The notes: generated by a model not told the origin, from the sequence alone. DNA of 32,000 bases from Candidatus Baldrarchaeota archaeon (GCA_019056805.1 DXJG01000002.1:580203-612202); one strand, 5' to 3'. Shown: positions 1 to 8,799, numbered from the stretch's first letter. Numbers and translations are program-made.

Positions 1-230
1 CCTAACAAATGACAAATATTATCTATTTTACCAGTTACAGCTGTTCCAAGAATTATTGCTGCAAAAATCATATTAGCTCCAGGATATAGAGAGAATAAGA
101 CTCCTATAGAGAGACCAGACACAAAAAACATACTTGAGAGAATAATGTTTTTTCTTTCTACTCCTTCATCAGTTACTTTCATAGTGAATCCTGCTAAACC
201 GTAAAGGATCATAGCAATAAACGTATTCAA
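1..230 (-). CDS. Partial (runs off window edge) uncharacterised archaeal multi-TM membrane protein
   Basis: Not in ORF track. Manual translation from TTG at 230 (SD-like GGGTG upstream): MNTFIAMILYGLAGFTMKVTDEGVERKNIILSSMFFVSGLSIGVLFSLYPGANMIFAAIILGTAVTGKIDNICHLL, open to position 1. Hydrophobic helices; starts 21 bp after the MFS stop on the same strand. Confidence 0.7.
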   Translation of the reverse strand, partial: MNTFIAMILYGLAGFTMKVTDEGVERKNIILSSMFFVSGLSIGVLFSLYPGANMIFAAIILGTAVTGKIDNICHLL

Positions 231-251
231 CTCATACACCCAGTTCTTGTT

Positions 252-1418
252 TTATGATATTGTTGTTTCCCTAAATAGGTAGAGAAACAGTAAGAACCCT
301 GCTGATATAAGCGTAATGTCAAGAAATATTACCCCACTAAAACCATAAAGTACAAAAACAGGATAGGGAGCTACAGGACCTAAAGCATATCCAATAAAGC
401 GGAAAGATCCGTAAATAGAAGATATCGTACCTCTAAGTTTTGGATCTATTTCAACAGCCAACGTATTGAGAGGAGTAAAACTAAATGTTATAATAAAACC
501 CATAGTAAACAATAGTAGAGGAAGATATCTAAACCAATCAATAAGCAGATAGAGTGAAATTATAAAATCTAAACTCAAAAAACCTATTAAAACTACTTTT
601 CTACGACCTACAAAATCGGTTAAAAACCCAGAGATAAGACTAGCAACAACCCCTCCCAGACCAGCAGCAAACAAATAAAATCCCCATAAATTAGATGGAA
701 GGTTATAAGGTGAATATAAAACAATGTTGGACAAAAAAGTATAGATGCTAAGTCTAGTAAAGAACAATGCTAATCCCATAAACCCTATTAAAATAACAGA
801 AAAATTAAATATGCCATATTTTAAAGTTGTAAATATTTCTTTTCCACCGGAACGTTCAAAATCTACTTCAGGTAGGAAAAAATAAACTAAAGATAACAAT
901 ATTAGGCCGAATAAAAGCATCACCAAGAATACATATCTCCAATAGATTAACCCTATAAACCCCCCTACTAAAGGACCTAACGTCGCACCTAAAGTGGTTG
1001 ATAAAGCTCCAAACCCCATAATTTTTCCTCTTACATCTGCTTCAAAAACATCTCCTACCAATGCCATGGAGATAGGGGTTATAAACGCTGAACCCATGCC
1101 CTGTAACATTCTAGATAATAGGAAAACTGTGATAGAAGGAGAAAAATAGGATGATAAAGCCCCGAGTGAATATATTATTGCACCAAGTAAAAGCATTTTT
1201 CTCCTACCATAAAACATGTCACTTATCATGCCAGAGAATAATTGCAAAATACAAAAAGGTATCATATATAACGTTATAGTTAAACCAAGATAAAATTGAT
1301 TTACATTAAAATCAGTACCAATATGTCGAAAAAGAGGTAGAATCATATTCCCTCCAAAAGGCCCACTAAAAGCTGCAATAACAAGAACAATTATTACTAT
1401 TAATCTTCTTTGCATCAT
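252..1418 (-). CDS. MFS transporter (drug:H+ antiporter-like)
   Basis: 388 aa with ~12 hydrophobic segments; motif A-like GMISDMFYGRRK and GFLTDFVGRRK; antiporter motif-like GATLGPLVGG. Confidence 0.9.
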   Translation of the reverse strand: MMQRRLIVIIVLVIAAFSGPFGGNMILPLFRHIGTDFNVNQFYLGLTITLYMIPFCILQLFSGMISDMFYGRRKMLLLGAIIYSLGALSSYFSPSITVFLLSRMLQGMGSAFITPISMALVGDVFEADVRGKIMGFGALSTTLGATLGPLVGGFIGLIYWRYVFLVMLLFGLILLSLVYFFLPEVDFERSGGKEIFTTLKYGIFNFSVILIGFMGLALFFTRLSIYTFLSNIVLYSPYNLPSNLWGFYLFAAGLGGVVASLISGFLTDFVGRRKVVLIGFLSLDFIISLYLLIDWFRYLPLLLFTMGFIITFSFTPLNTLAVEIDPKLRGTISSIYGSFRFIGYALGPVAPYPVFVLYGFSGVIFLDITLISAGFLLFLYLFRETTIS

Positions 1419-1443
1419 TATAATCCCTTAACACCGACAATTG

Positions 1444-2373
1444 TTATAAAATTTCTTCATAAACTGCTGCTATAAGTAGAGGAAATATTATTGTTGCATC
1501 TCCCTGGATGGTTGATATTACTCCTTCTTCTTGAACTTTACCCCATGATATTGCTTCGGTGAGTCTTGCACCTGAGAGACTACCATCGTAAGGTTGTGCG
1601 GTTGTTATTTGCACGGCATAATCTAAACCGCCTCTCAAAAGATTTGAAGCAATGGTGTAATGTTTTGAAATTCCACCACCAAGAATAATTGCTCCAGTTC
1701 TCTCCGAATCATAAACAATATCTGCAAGCTCCTTCATATCCTTAGTTGCATCAACGACAAGCTCATGTTCCTGATTAAACATAAATACTTGTAGGCCTAA
1801 GGCTGAATCTTGAAATCCAGGTGAAAAAATTGGCACATTATTCTTAGCTGCTTGGTAAACAAAAGAATTTTCATCCGGTTTCATTCTTTTACCTATTTCA
1901 TAAATTAATTCCCTAATAGAAATAATTTTCTTCTCCTCATATATTTCTGAGAGCATTTTTTGTAGAATTTTTTCTAAAAGCTCATAATTCTCATTAGGAA
2001 CATAAATATTGCCTAATCTGTTTATATTTTCTCTATGAAGCTTTACATCATTTGCTTCAAAATTCCCAACATAATATTTTCCACCGTAGGCCTTTATAAC
2101 ATCATGATCAATGCTTCCACCAGTAGTAACAATCACATTCACAAGATTACGCTTAACTAAATCGGCAAAAATAGATCTCAAACCAGTTGCGACAAGATTA
2201 GCTGTAAAAGACAAAAAAACTGTGCAATTCTCATCCAAAAACATCTTTCTAACAATATCTACTCCTCTAGCCAGATTTAGAGCCATAAATCCTCCACATT
2301 TCTTCAATTCCTCTATAAACTGTTTCATAGTCATTCTTTCCCTCAAACACATATTTTCAACGCACATTTTCAT
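1444..2373 (-). CDS. dys: Deoxyhypusine synthase
   Basis: FLSFTANLVATGLR, TTGGSIDHD, GGGISKH and DGSLSGARLTEAISWGKV (catalytic Lys present); SD AGGTGGTG upstream. Confidence 0.95.
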   Translation of the reverse strand: MKMCVENMCLRERMTMKQFIEELKKCGGFMALNLARGVDIVRKMFLDENCTVFLSFTANLVATGLRSIFADLVKRNLVNVIVTTGGSIDHDVIKAYGGKYYVGNFEANDVKLHRENINRLGNIYVPNENYELLEKILQKMLSEIYEEKKIISIRELIYEIGKRMKPDENSFVYQAAKNNVPIFSPGFQDSALGLQVFMFNQEHELVVDATKDMKELADIVYDSERTGAIILGGGISKHYTIASNLLRGGLDYAVQITTAQPYDGSLSGARLTEAISWGKVQEEGVISTIQGDATIIFPLLIAAVYEEIL

Positions 2374-2848
2374 CAGACAACACCACCTAAATCCCGTCTA
2401 AAACGATTCATCACCTTACCTTATCACAATTTAATGAAATAAATATTCTCTTCTTCCCTGAAATGTACGTATTTTAAAGCTCTTAAAAACGTGAAAATCA
2501 ATTCACTGACAACACTTTATATCTGCAAGTCAAAAGGGGTAGGAATACTTCTCATGCTTCCAACGAGAAAATGCCCGACGCAAATTAGGTGAGGCACTTT
2601 GTGTAGCTATACCAGAATATAAGGTTTCTGTCATAACTTATGTTATTTTATAATTTTAAGTGGAAATGGAGTAGTTTGTTAAATCTAAGGATCATGTATA
2701 GGGGGTATGAAAGATGACGACGTATTACAAAAAATTACAAAAAATATATAGACATTAGACTATACTCAGCGAGTGTTATAAGGTACACTACTACATAAAA
2801 GGGTTACTACCATCAAATCAGATATGTTAATGAAGGTGGGTACAATAA

Positions 2849-3532
2849 ATGATTAACAACGGTGCAATTCCTCCAGAAATTTGTCGTTTCTTTTCTATTG
2901 GAAAAAGTAACTCGTTACTGGTAAAAGGGCCTCCGGGGACTGGTAAAACCATTTTTTCTTTGCAATGCGTTAAAGATCTTCAAGATAGAGTCGCAGGAGT
3001 ATATTTTTCAACTCGAGTGGACGCCAGGTCTCTTTATGAGCATTTCCCTTGGATAAAGGAGCAAATCCCGATAGAAAATGTGGTAGATGCAACTAAAAAC
3101 ATCATACCGAAGAAGGTAGATTTCACGTATGTCATTGATTATTCTTCATTACCTGATTTTCTTAAGGGACTTTATTCCATTACGCATAGAGTTTCGCAGC
3201 AACAAACACCTTTAATCGTTGTGGACAGTATTGATGCACTTGCTGCAAATGTTAAAATGCCTGTTGAGGAAGTATGTTCAATGCTCGTAAATTTTGCTGA
3301 AAATATGCAGTCACAGATAATATTTGTAACTGAAAGGCATGGTACATCTATGATTGATTATATGGTTGATGGTGTAATTAGACTTGAGAGAAAATTCATT
3401 AAAAACAGACTTGTGAGAAAGATGACAATAGAGAAACTAAGAGGTGTGGAAATAGGTAACCCCGTATACTACTTTACATTACAAAATGGAAAATTTCAGT
3501 ACTTCAAAAACTTCCAACATATCATTGGTTAG
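2849..3532 (+). CDS. KaiC/RecA-superfamily ATPase, GvpD-like P-loop domain (single domain, possibly truncated)
   Basis: Walker A GPPGTGKT, YFSTRVD, Walker B LIVVDSID, DGVIRL...IEKLRG; SD GAAGGTGG. Confidence 0.8.
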   Translation: MINNGAIPPEICRFFSIGKSNSLLVKGPPGTGKTIFSLQCVKDLQDRVAGVYFSTRVDARSLYEHFPWIKEQIPIENVVDATKNIIPKKVDFTYVIDYSSLPDFLKGLYSITHRVSQQQTPLIVVDSIDALAANVKMPVEEVCSMLVNFAENMQSQIIFVTERHGTSMIDYMVDGVIRLERKFIKNRLVRKMTIEKLRGVEIGNPVYYFTLQNGKFQYFKNFQHIIG

Positions 3533-4050
3533 ATGCATCTTACAAATTAGAATATCATCCACCAATAAAAGATGGCAAAGACACCAGTTTTTTCATCAAA
3601 AGATTCGCTGGAAATGATCCTTTAATAAAGAAACCTGCGGGATGTTGTTCTATAAATGCTACACCTTTAAATGCGGACTTTTTTTGAATGTCACACTCAT
3701 CTGACAACTAAGCTACCTCAATTTCCACCAATAAACACAAAATTATGGGAAAGAAAGAAGTATATAACAGTGTGTAATTGTATGTGATACAACAAATTAC
3801 ACTAGTAGCCAAAACGAGCACAGAAAAACGAGCATCGAACATGAATGTTTGTTGATTGTTATTTAAGGTGTTTACAGACCTAATTTAAAAGCAATGATAG
3901 TAACTGTTATATTCATTAGGCTGAAAACAACAAAATTTTTACGTCTTAGAATACTTATCAGCTTGTGCTCTTCATTTTATAGGAAAACTTTTTACTTAAA
4001 ATATGTTTATGAGCCTCATATAGATTCATTTGTCTCAAGAGGTGTATGAA

Positions 4051-4731
4051 ATGGGTGAAGATATGGATGTTATTAAGGTTGAGGAAGGAGAGATGCTTGA
4101 AATAGAAATTGAAGAAGATTTACTTAAAGCTAATGAGCAACTTGCAAATGCTAATAGAAAAATATTTGATAAGCATAATGTAAAAGTTATAGACGTAATG
4201 GGATCAATAGGATCTGGAAAAACATCGATACTTGAGAAACTTGTAGAAAAACTTAGAGAAAAATATAAAATCGCTGTTATCGCTGGAGATGTGACCACTA
4301 CTATTGATGCAGATCGAATCAAGAGACACGGTGTCCGAACAATTCAAATAAATACAGGAAATGAATGCCATCTTGATGCATTAATGATTAGAAGAGCGAT
4401 AAAAAGATTAAATCTCGACGAGTTAGACTTAATTTTTATTGAGAATGTTGGGAATCTTATTTGTCCAGCAGATTTTCCACTAGGCTCACATAAAAGAATA
4501 GTTGTGGTAAGTGTTACAGAAGGTCCCTATATGATTCGAAAACATCCAATGATAATTAAAGGCGCAGATATAGTGGTAATTAATAAAATAGATTTAGCAG
4601 ATGCCATGGAAGTCGATATAAACCAATTGATTAGAGACGCAAAAGAAATAAATCCTAAAGCAGAAGTTGTTTGTACAAATGCTAAAAGCGGCGAGGGAAT
4701 AGATAATTTAATTAAAACCCTAAACCTATAA
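4051..4731 (+). CDS. hypB: Hydrogenase nickel-incorporation GTPase HypB
   Basis: GSIGSGKT, GDVTTTIDADRI, ECHLDA, ENVGNLICPADFPLG, NKIDL. ATG 4051 preferred over TTG 4030 because GAGGTG lies at 4039-4044. Confidence 0.93.
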   Translation: MGEDMDVIKVEEGEMLEIEIEEDLLKANEQLANANRKIFDKHNVKVIDVMGSIGSGKTSILEKLVEKLREKYKIAVIAGDVTTTIDADRIKRHGVRTIQINTGNECHLDALMIRRAIKRLNLDELDLIFIENVGNLICPADFPLGSHKRIVVVSVTEGPYMIRKHPMIIKGADIVVINKIDLADAMEVDINQLIRDAKEINPKAEVVCTNAKSGEGIDNLIKTLNL

Positions 4732-4787
4732 CCATATCAACTCATACGAACTTGTTAAGATATTAAAATATTATTAAGGTGATAATA

Positions 4788-5015
4788 TTGAGTGAGAAAT
4801 GTATGTTTCCCCCTTGCCCAAAATGCGACAAAGGATATTTAGTTCCTTTGAGCGCAGCCAGCGACAAAGGAATACCAATAGTTTTTTCTAGCTGGGTTTG
4901 TACAAATCCTGAATGTTCATTTACAATACATCAACATGACGTTGAAAGCAAAATATACTGGAAAGACGGCGAAAAAATGAATGCGAAAAAAGCAAAGAAA
5001 GCAGGAATAATATAA
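4788..5015 (+). CDS. Small zinc-ribbon protein (CPKC...CTNPEC)
   Basis: Two Cys pairs with typical Zn-ribbon spacing; SD AAGGTGA before TTG 4788 (in frame with GTG 4779). Confidence 0.7.
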   Translation: MSEKCMFPPCPKCDKGYLVPLSAASDKGIPIVFSSWVCTNPECSFTIHQHDVESKIYWKDGEKMNAKKAKKAGII

Positions 5016-5089
5016 CCCGTAGCGAATAAAATTTAACACTATTCTTCTTTTTATATTATAAACATGTAGAGAATTGTTGGTGTAATGGT

Positions 5090-6091
5090 ATGGTTAAACC
5101 TAAAGTTTTTGTTACCAGAGAAATCCCTGACAAAGGTCTTAACATGATATTAGAGAGGTTTGATGCAAAAGTTTGGAGAGAATACACTCCACCACCAAAA
5201 GAAGTGATAATTGAAGAAGTTAAGAGCGTTGACGCTCTTGTTACGCTTTTAACAGATAAAATTGATAAAGAAGTTTTAGATGCTGCTAAAAACCTCAAAA
5301 TAATAGCTCAATATGCGGTGGGATACGATAATATTGACGTTGAGGAATGTACAAGGCGGGGAATTTACGTTACAAATACACCTGAGGTTCTCACAGAATC
5401 TACTGCAGACTTTACATGGACACTAATTTTAGCGGTCGCAAGACGAGTAGTTGAAGCAGATAAATTTGTTAGAAGTGGAGAGTGGGAGAAAAGTAAAACT
5501 GGATGGCATCCAAAAATGCTTTTAGGAACAGATGTACATGGAAAAACTCTCGGCATCATAGGACTTGGAAGAATAGGTACAGCAGTTGCAAGAAGAGCTA
5601 AAGGATTTAACATGAAAGTCATATATTATAGTAGAAAAAGGAAAGAAGAACTTGAAAAAGAATTAGGCCTAGAATTTGTAGACTTTGAAACTCTACTTAA
5701 AGAAGCGGATTTTGTATCGATTCATGTACCCTTAACAAAAGAAACTTTCCATTTAATTGGTGAAAGAGAATTAAAACTAATGAAAAATACAGCTTTCCTC
5801 ATCAATACCAGTAGGGGTAAAGTGGTTGATGAAAAAGCCCTTTACAAAGCTTTAAAGAAAAAGTGGATTGCAGGCGCTGCACTAGACGTTTTTGAAGAAG
5901 AACCAACACCTGCAGATAACCCATTGTTAAAGCTGGAAAATGTAGTTGTAGCTCCTCATATAGCGAGTGCTAGTCACGAAACTAGGTCAAAAATGGCTGA
6001 AATGGTAGCAAAAAATCTCATAGCCTTTTTTGAAGGAAAGATACCTCCAAATCTCGTTAACACAGATGTATTAAACAAATCTAAGTCTTGA
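5090..6091 (+). CDS. gyaR: Glyoxylate/hydroxypyruvate reductase (D-2-hydroxyacid dehydrogenase)
   Basis: KPKVFVTREIP start, AVGYDNID, NTPEVLT, GIIGLGRIG, INTSRG, LDVFEEEP, PHIASA; close to Thermococcales GyaR pattern. Confidence 0.9.
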   Translation: MVKPKVFVTREIPDKGLNMILERFDAKVWREYTPPPKEVIIEEVKSVDALVTLLTDKIDKEVLDAAKNLKIIAQYAVGYDNIDVEECTRRGIYVTNTPEVLTESTADFTWTLILAVARRVVEADKFVRSGEWEKSKTGWHPKMLLGTDVHGKTLGIIGLGRIGTAVARRAKGFNMKVIYYSRKRKEELEKELGLEFVDFETLLKEADFVSIHVPLTKETFHLIGERELKLMKNTAFLINTSRGKVVDEKALYKALKKKWIAGAALDVFEEEPTPADNPLLKLENVVVAPHIASASHETRSKMAEMVAKNLIAFFEGKIPPNLVNTDVLNKSKS

Positions 6092-6140
6092 AGTCCACCC
6101 TTTATTTTCATCGTCGCTAAATCTCAGAATGTGAACTACT

Positions 6141-6193
6141 CACCTACTTGTAGGTGTGTCGTCTGCCGCAAATTCTTATAAATATTTTTGCGG
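6141..6193. promoter_or_regulatory. Two inverted repeats and TATA box upstream of sdaAB
   Basis: CACCTAC-TT-GTAGGTG (6141-6156); CCGCAAA (6166-6172) and TTTGCGG (6187-6193) flank TTATAAAT. Confidence 0.5.
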
Positions 6194-6223
6194 TCTAAAT
6201 GTAATTGTGATTGGTGATGTAGT

Positions 6224-6898
6224 TTGAAGAAAGTTGAAAGCATTTTTGAGATTATCGGGCCTATTATGGTTGGTCCTAGTTCTAGTCATACCGCTGGTGC
6301 CGTACGTATAGGCAAAATTGCACGTGAAATACTTGGTACGAAACCTGTAAAAGCAATAATACTTTTTCATGGTAGTTTTGCTGAAACTTTTCGCGGTCAT
6401 GGTTCGGATAAGGCTGTTGTAGGCGGTATACTTGGTTTTTCAACAGATGATTTAAGAATAAGAAAAGCTTTGGAAGTAGCCGAAAGAGAAGGATTAAAGA
6501 TAGAATTCAAAACCGTGGATCTAGGTGAAGAATATCATCCAAACACGATTAAAATAATTTTGGAAGATGCAAGTGGTTTAAAAATACAGGTTATTGGAAG
6601 CAGTATTGGAGGGGGAAACATTATAATTACCGAGATTAATGGGTTTGAAACAGATTTAAGTGGAGATTATTATGCCTTGATTGCTATTCACGACGATAAG
6701 CCTGGAATGGTGGCAAAAATAACAACTATTCTCGCCAAACATAGGATTAATATTGCTAAAATGAGGGTGAGCAGGATAAAGAGGGGAGCTTTAGCGTTTT
6801 CAAGTATAGAAGTTGACCATGAAATTTCAAAAGAAGTTGTCGGTGAGATAGAGAAAATTAAAGAGGTAAGATTGGTTAGAGCTTTAAAACCGATATAA
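6224..6898 (+). CDS. sdaAB: Fe-S L-serine dehydratase, beta subunit (with C-terminal ACT domain)
   Basis: SIFEIIGPIMVGPSSSHTAGAVRIG, GSFAETFRGHGSD, HPNT, SIGGG, HDDKPGMVAKIT; TTG start with SD GGTGA. Confidence 0.93.
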   Translation: MKKVESIFEIIGPIMVGPSSSHTAGAVRIGKIAREILGTKPVKAIILFHGSFAETFRGHGSDKAVVGGILGFSTDDLRIRKALEVAEREGLKIEFKTVDLGEEYHPNTIKIILEDASGLKIQVIGSSIGGGNIIITEINGFETDLSGDYYALIAIHDDKPGMVAKITTILAKHRINIAKMRVSRIKRGALAFSSIEVDHEISKEVVGEIEKIKEVRLVRALKPI

Positions 6899-6911
6899 GG
6901 AGGATTATTCC

Positions 6912-7787
6912 ATGGTTGATTTTGAAACTTTAAGTGATTTAGTAAAATTAGCCAGGGAAAGAGATTGTAAGATTGGGGAAATAGTTTGGGAATATGAAGC
7001 AGAAGTTGAAGGTATAAGTAAAGAAGAAGTTTGGAATAAAATGGTTAAACATTGGAATGTTATGAAAGACTCTATAGAAGATGGATTAAAAGAAAGTTTT
7101 GAATTGCCGTGTAAAATAACAGAAAGATTTGCTGGAAAATTTCTTAATGCGAAAAGAGTTTTTCTTGATGATTTTATGAGTAAAGTTGTGGCAAGGGCCC
7201 TAGCTGTAAGTGAATATAATTCAGCAATGGGTCTCGTATGTGCCGCCCCAACAGCAGGAGCTTCAGGAGTACTGCCAGCAACACTATGTTCAGCTGCAGA
7301 AAAACTTAATGCAAAAGAAAAGGATATTGTTTTAGCTCTTTTCACAGCTTCTGGTATAGGTTTAGTAATAGCTAACAAAGCTTCTATCGCTGGATCTGAA
7401 GCTGGATGTCAAGCTGAAGTTGGAGCTGCAGCTGCCATGGCTGCTGGTGCACTTGTAGAATTAGCAAATAGCACACCAGAGCAAGTGGATCATGCCGTAG
7501 CAATAGCTCTAAAATCTATTATGGGTTTAATATGTGATCCAGTTGCTGGTTTGGTGATTTCTCCTTGTATTAAAAGGAACGCCTTTGGGGCAGTTCTAGC
7601 GTTTTTAGCAGCTGAAATGGCCCTTGCTGGAGTTAAAAGTTTAATCCCTGCAGATGAGGTTATTGAAGCAATGGGTGAAGTAGGTCGTTTAATGCATCCA
7701 GATCTCAAAGAAACCTCTCGTGGAGGTATTGCAACCACACCTACGGGCGAAAAAATTAGAGAAAAAATCTTTAAGGGCGACTTTTAA
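6912..7787 (+). CDS. sdaAA: Fe-S L-serine dehydratase, alpha subunit
   Basis: APTAGASGVLP, GCQAEVG, GLICDPVAGLV..PCIKRNA (three cluster Cys), IPADEVI, LKETSRGGIA; SD GGAGG; 13 bp after sdaAB. Confidence 0.93.
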   Translation: MVDFETLSDLVKLARERDCKIGEIVWEYEAEVEGISKEEVWNKMVKHWNVMKDSIEDGLKESFELPCKITERFAGKFLNAKRVFLDDFMSKVVARALAVSEYNSAMGLVCAAPTAGASGVLPATLCSAAEKLNAKEKDIVLALFTASGIGLVIANKASIAGSEAGCQAEVGAAAAMAAGALVELANSTPEQVDHAVAIALKSIMGLICDPVAGLVISPCIKRNAFGAVLAFLAAEMALAGVKSLIPADEVIEAMGEVGRLMHPDLKETSRGGIATTPTGEKIREKIFKGDF

Positions 7788-7813
7788 AATTAAATCGAAT
7801 TATATAACATTAG

Positions 7814-7844
7814 CAAAATTTGTTATCATTCATTACAAATTTTG
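7814..7844. promoter_or_regulatory. Perfect 10-bp inverted repeat between sdaAA and the Rab-like gene
   Basis: CAAAATTTGT-N11-ACAAATTTTG. Confidence 0.4.
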
Positions 7845-7928
7845 TGAATACATTAAAATATTCATGGAACTATAATATTTTACAATAGTGAGGAGGGCGT
7901 TGCTTGCTTAAAAGAGGGGGTAAGGGTA

Positions 7929-8672
7929 ATGCAAAGAAGTTTTTTGTTTAAAATAGTGTTGATTGGTGACGGCGCAGTTGGAAAAACCTCTCTAAGAAAA
8001 CGGTGGATGGGAGAGGGTTTCGAAGTAAATTATATGTTCACTATCGGTTGTGATTTTGCAATAAAAGAATTACAATTTAACGATAATATAAGGGTAAAAC
8101 TGCAAATATGGGATCTTGGGGGGCAACCTCACTTTAAAGAAGTTAGAAAGGCCTTTTATGTTGGAGCTTCCGGGGGAATAGTGCTTTACGATATTACGAA
8201 CAGAGAAAGTTTCGAAAATGTTAGAATGTGGGTTGCAGAACTCATAAAACATGCTAAAAAGAAAGTACCAATAGTAGTTGTTGGAAATAAAATAGATCTC
8301 AGAGGAAACAAAGCGAATTACATATCTACGTTGGAGGGACTGGAACTTAAACGTCGACTTGTTGAAGAATTTGGAATTAAAGCCTTATTCTCAGAGACCA
8401 GTGCAAAGACAGGTGAAAACGTAGATAAGGTTTTTAGAGGTATGACAGCACTTCTTTTGCAAGAGCTTGGTGCAATTAAACCCGTAGTACCAGAACCTAC
8501 GATTGACGAAAGATATGCAAGGCTTCTATCTGAAATTTGTAAGTTACTTGGATTAGAAGAGGAGACATGGAAAGAGTCTCCCGAATATGTATTACAAGTT
8601 TTAAAACATACCCTAAAAGGAAAAGTACATGTAGAAGGTGCTCATGGAGAAAATTTTGAATTTACAGTATAA
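7929..8672 (+). CDS. Rab/Ras-like small GTPase with ~65-aa C-terminal extension (eukaryotic signature protein)
   Basis: G1 GDGAVGKT, switch I FTIGCDF, G3 WDLGGQ, YDITNRESF, G4 NKID, G5 SAK; no C-terminal Cys prenylation motif. Confidence 0.92.
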   Translation: MQRSFLFKIVLIGDGAVGKTSLRKRWMGEGFEVNYMFTIGCDFAIKELQFNDNIRVKLQIWDLGGQPHFKEVRKAFYVGASGGIVLYDITNRESFENVRMWVAELIKHAKKKVPIVVVGNKIDLRGNKANYISTLEGLELKRRLVEEFGIKALFSETSAKTGENVDKVFRGMTALLLQELGAIKPVVPEPTIDERYARLLSEICKLLGLEEETWKESPEYVLQVLKHTLKGKVHVEGAHGENFEFTV

Positions 8673-8799
8673 ATACAACATAACGGGACATTTTAAGTTG
8701 AAAAAGATTGGTTAAGGTTTTTTATCCAACATGTTTTATATATGAAAATAGTGTAAATTATTTGCTGTAAGTAGAGGTGAATATCTTTGGAAGGTGGAT

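Noticed and set aside
2543-2653. Open stretch containing LGEALCVAI, reminiscent of a PIN motif
   Set aside because: Bounded by stops (2540, 2651), no start codon, and no other PIN motifs.
2707-2751. 14-codon ORF (MKDDDVLQKITKNI) after GGGGGT upstream of the GvpD-like gene
   Set aside because: Too short; neighbouring frames contain stops, so no coherent pseudogene could be rebuilt.
2849-3532. Gas vesicle or circadian clock system
   Set aside because: No gvpA or other gvp genes and no kaiA/kaiB; only the ATPase domain is shared.
3530-3550. Pyrrolysine or stop read-through of the TAG ending the GvpD-like ORF
   Set aside because: Another in-frame TAG follows five codons later; no pyl genes in the window.
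4051-4731. Hydrogenase or urease operon
   Set aside because: No structural or other maturation genes in the window.
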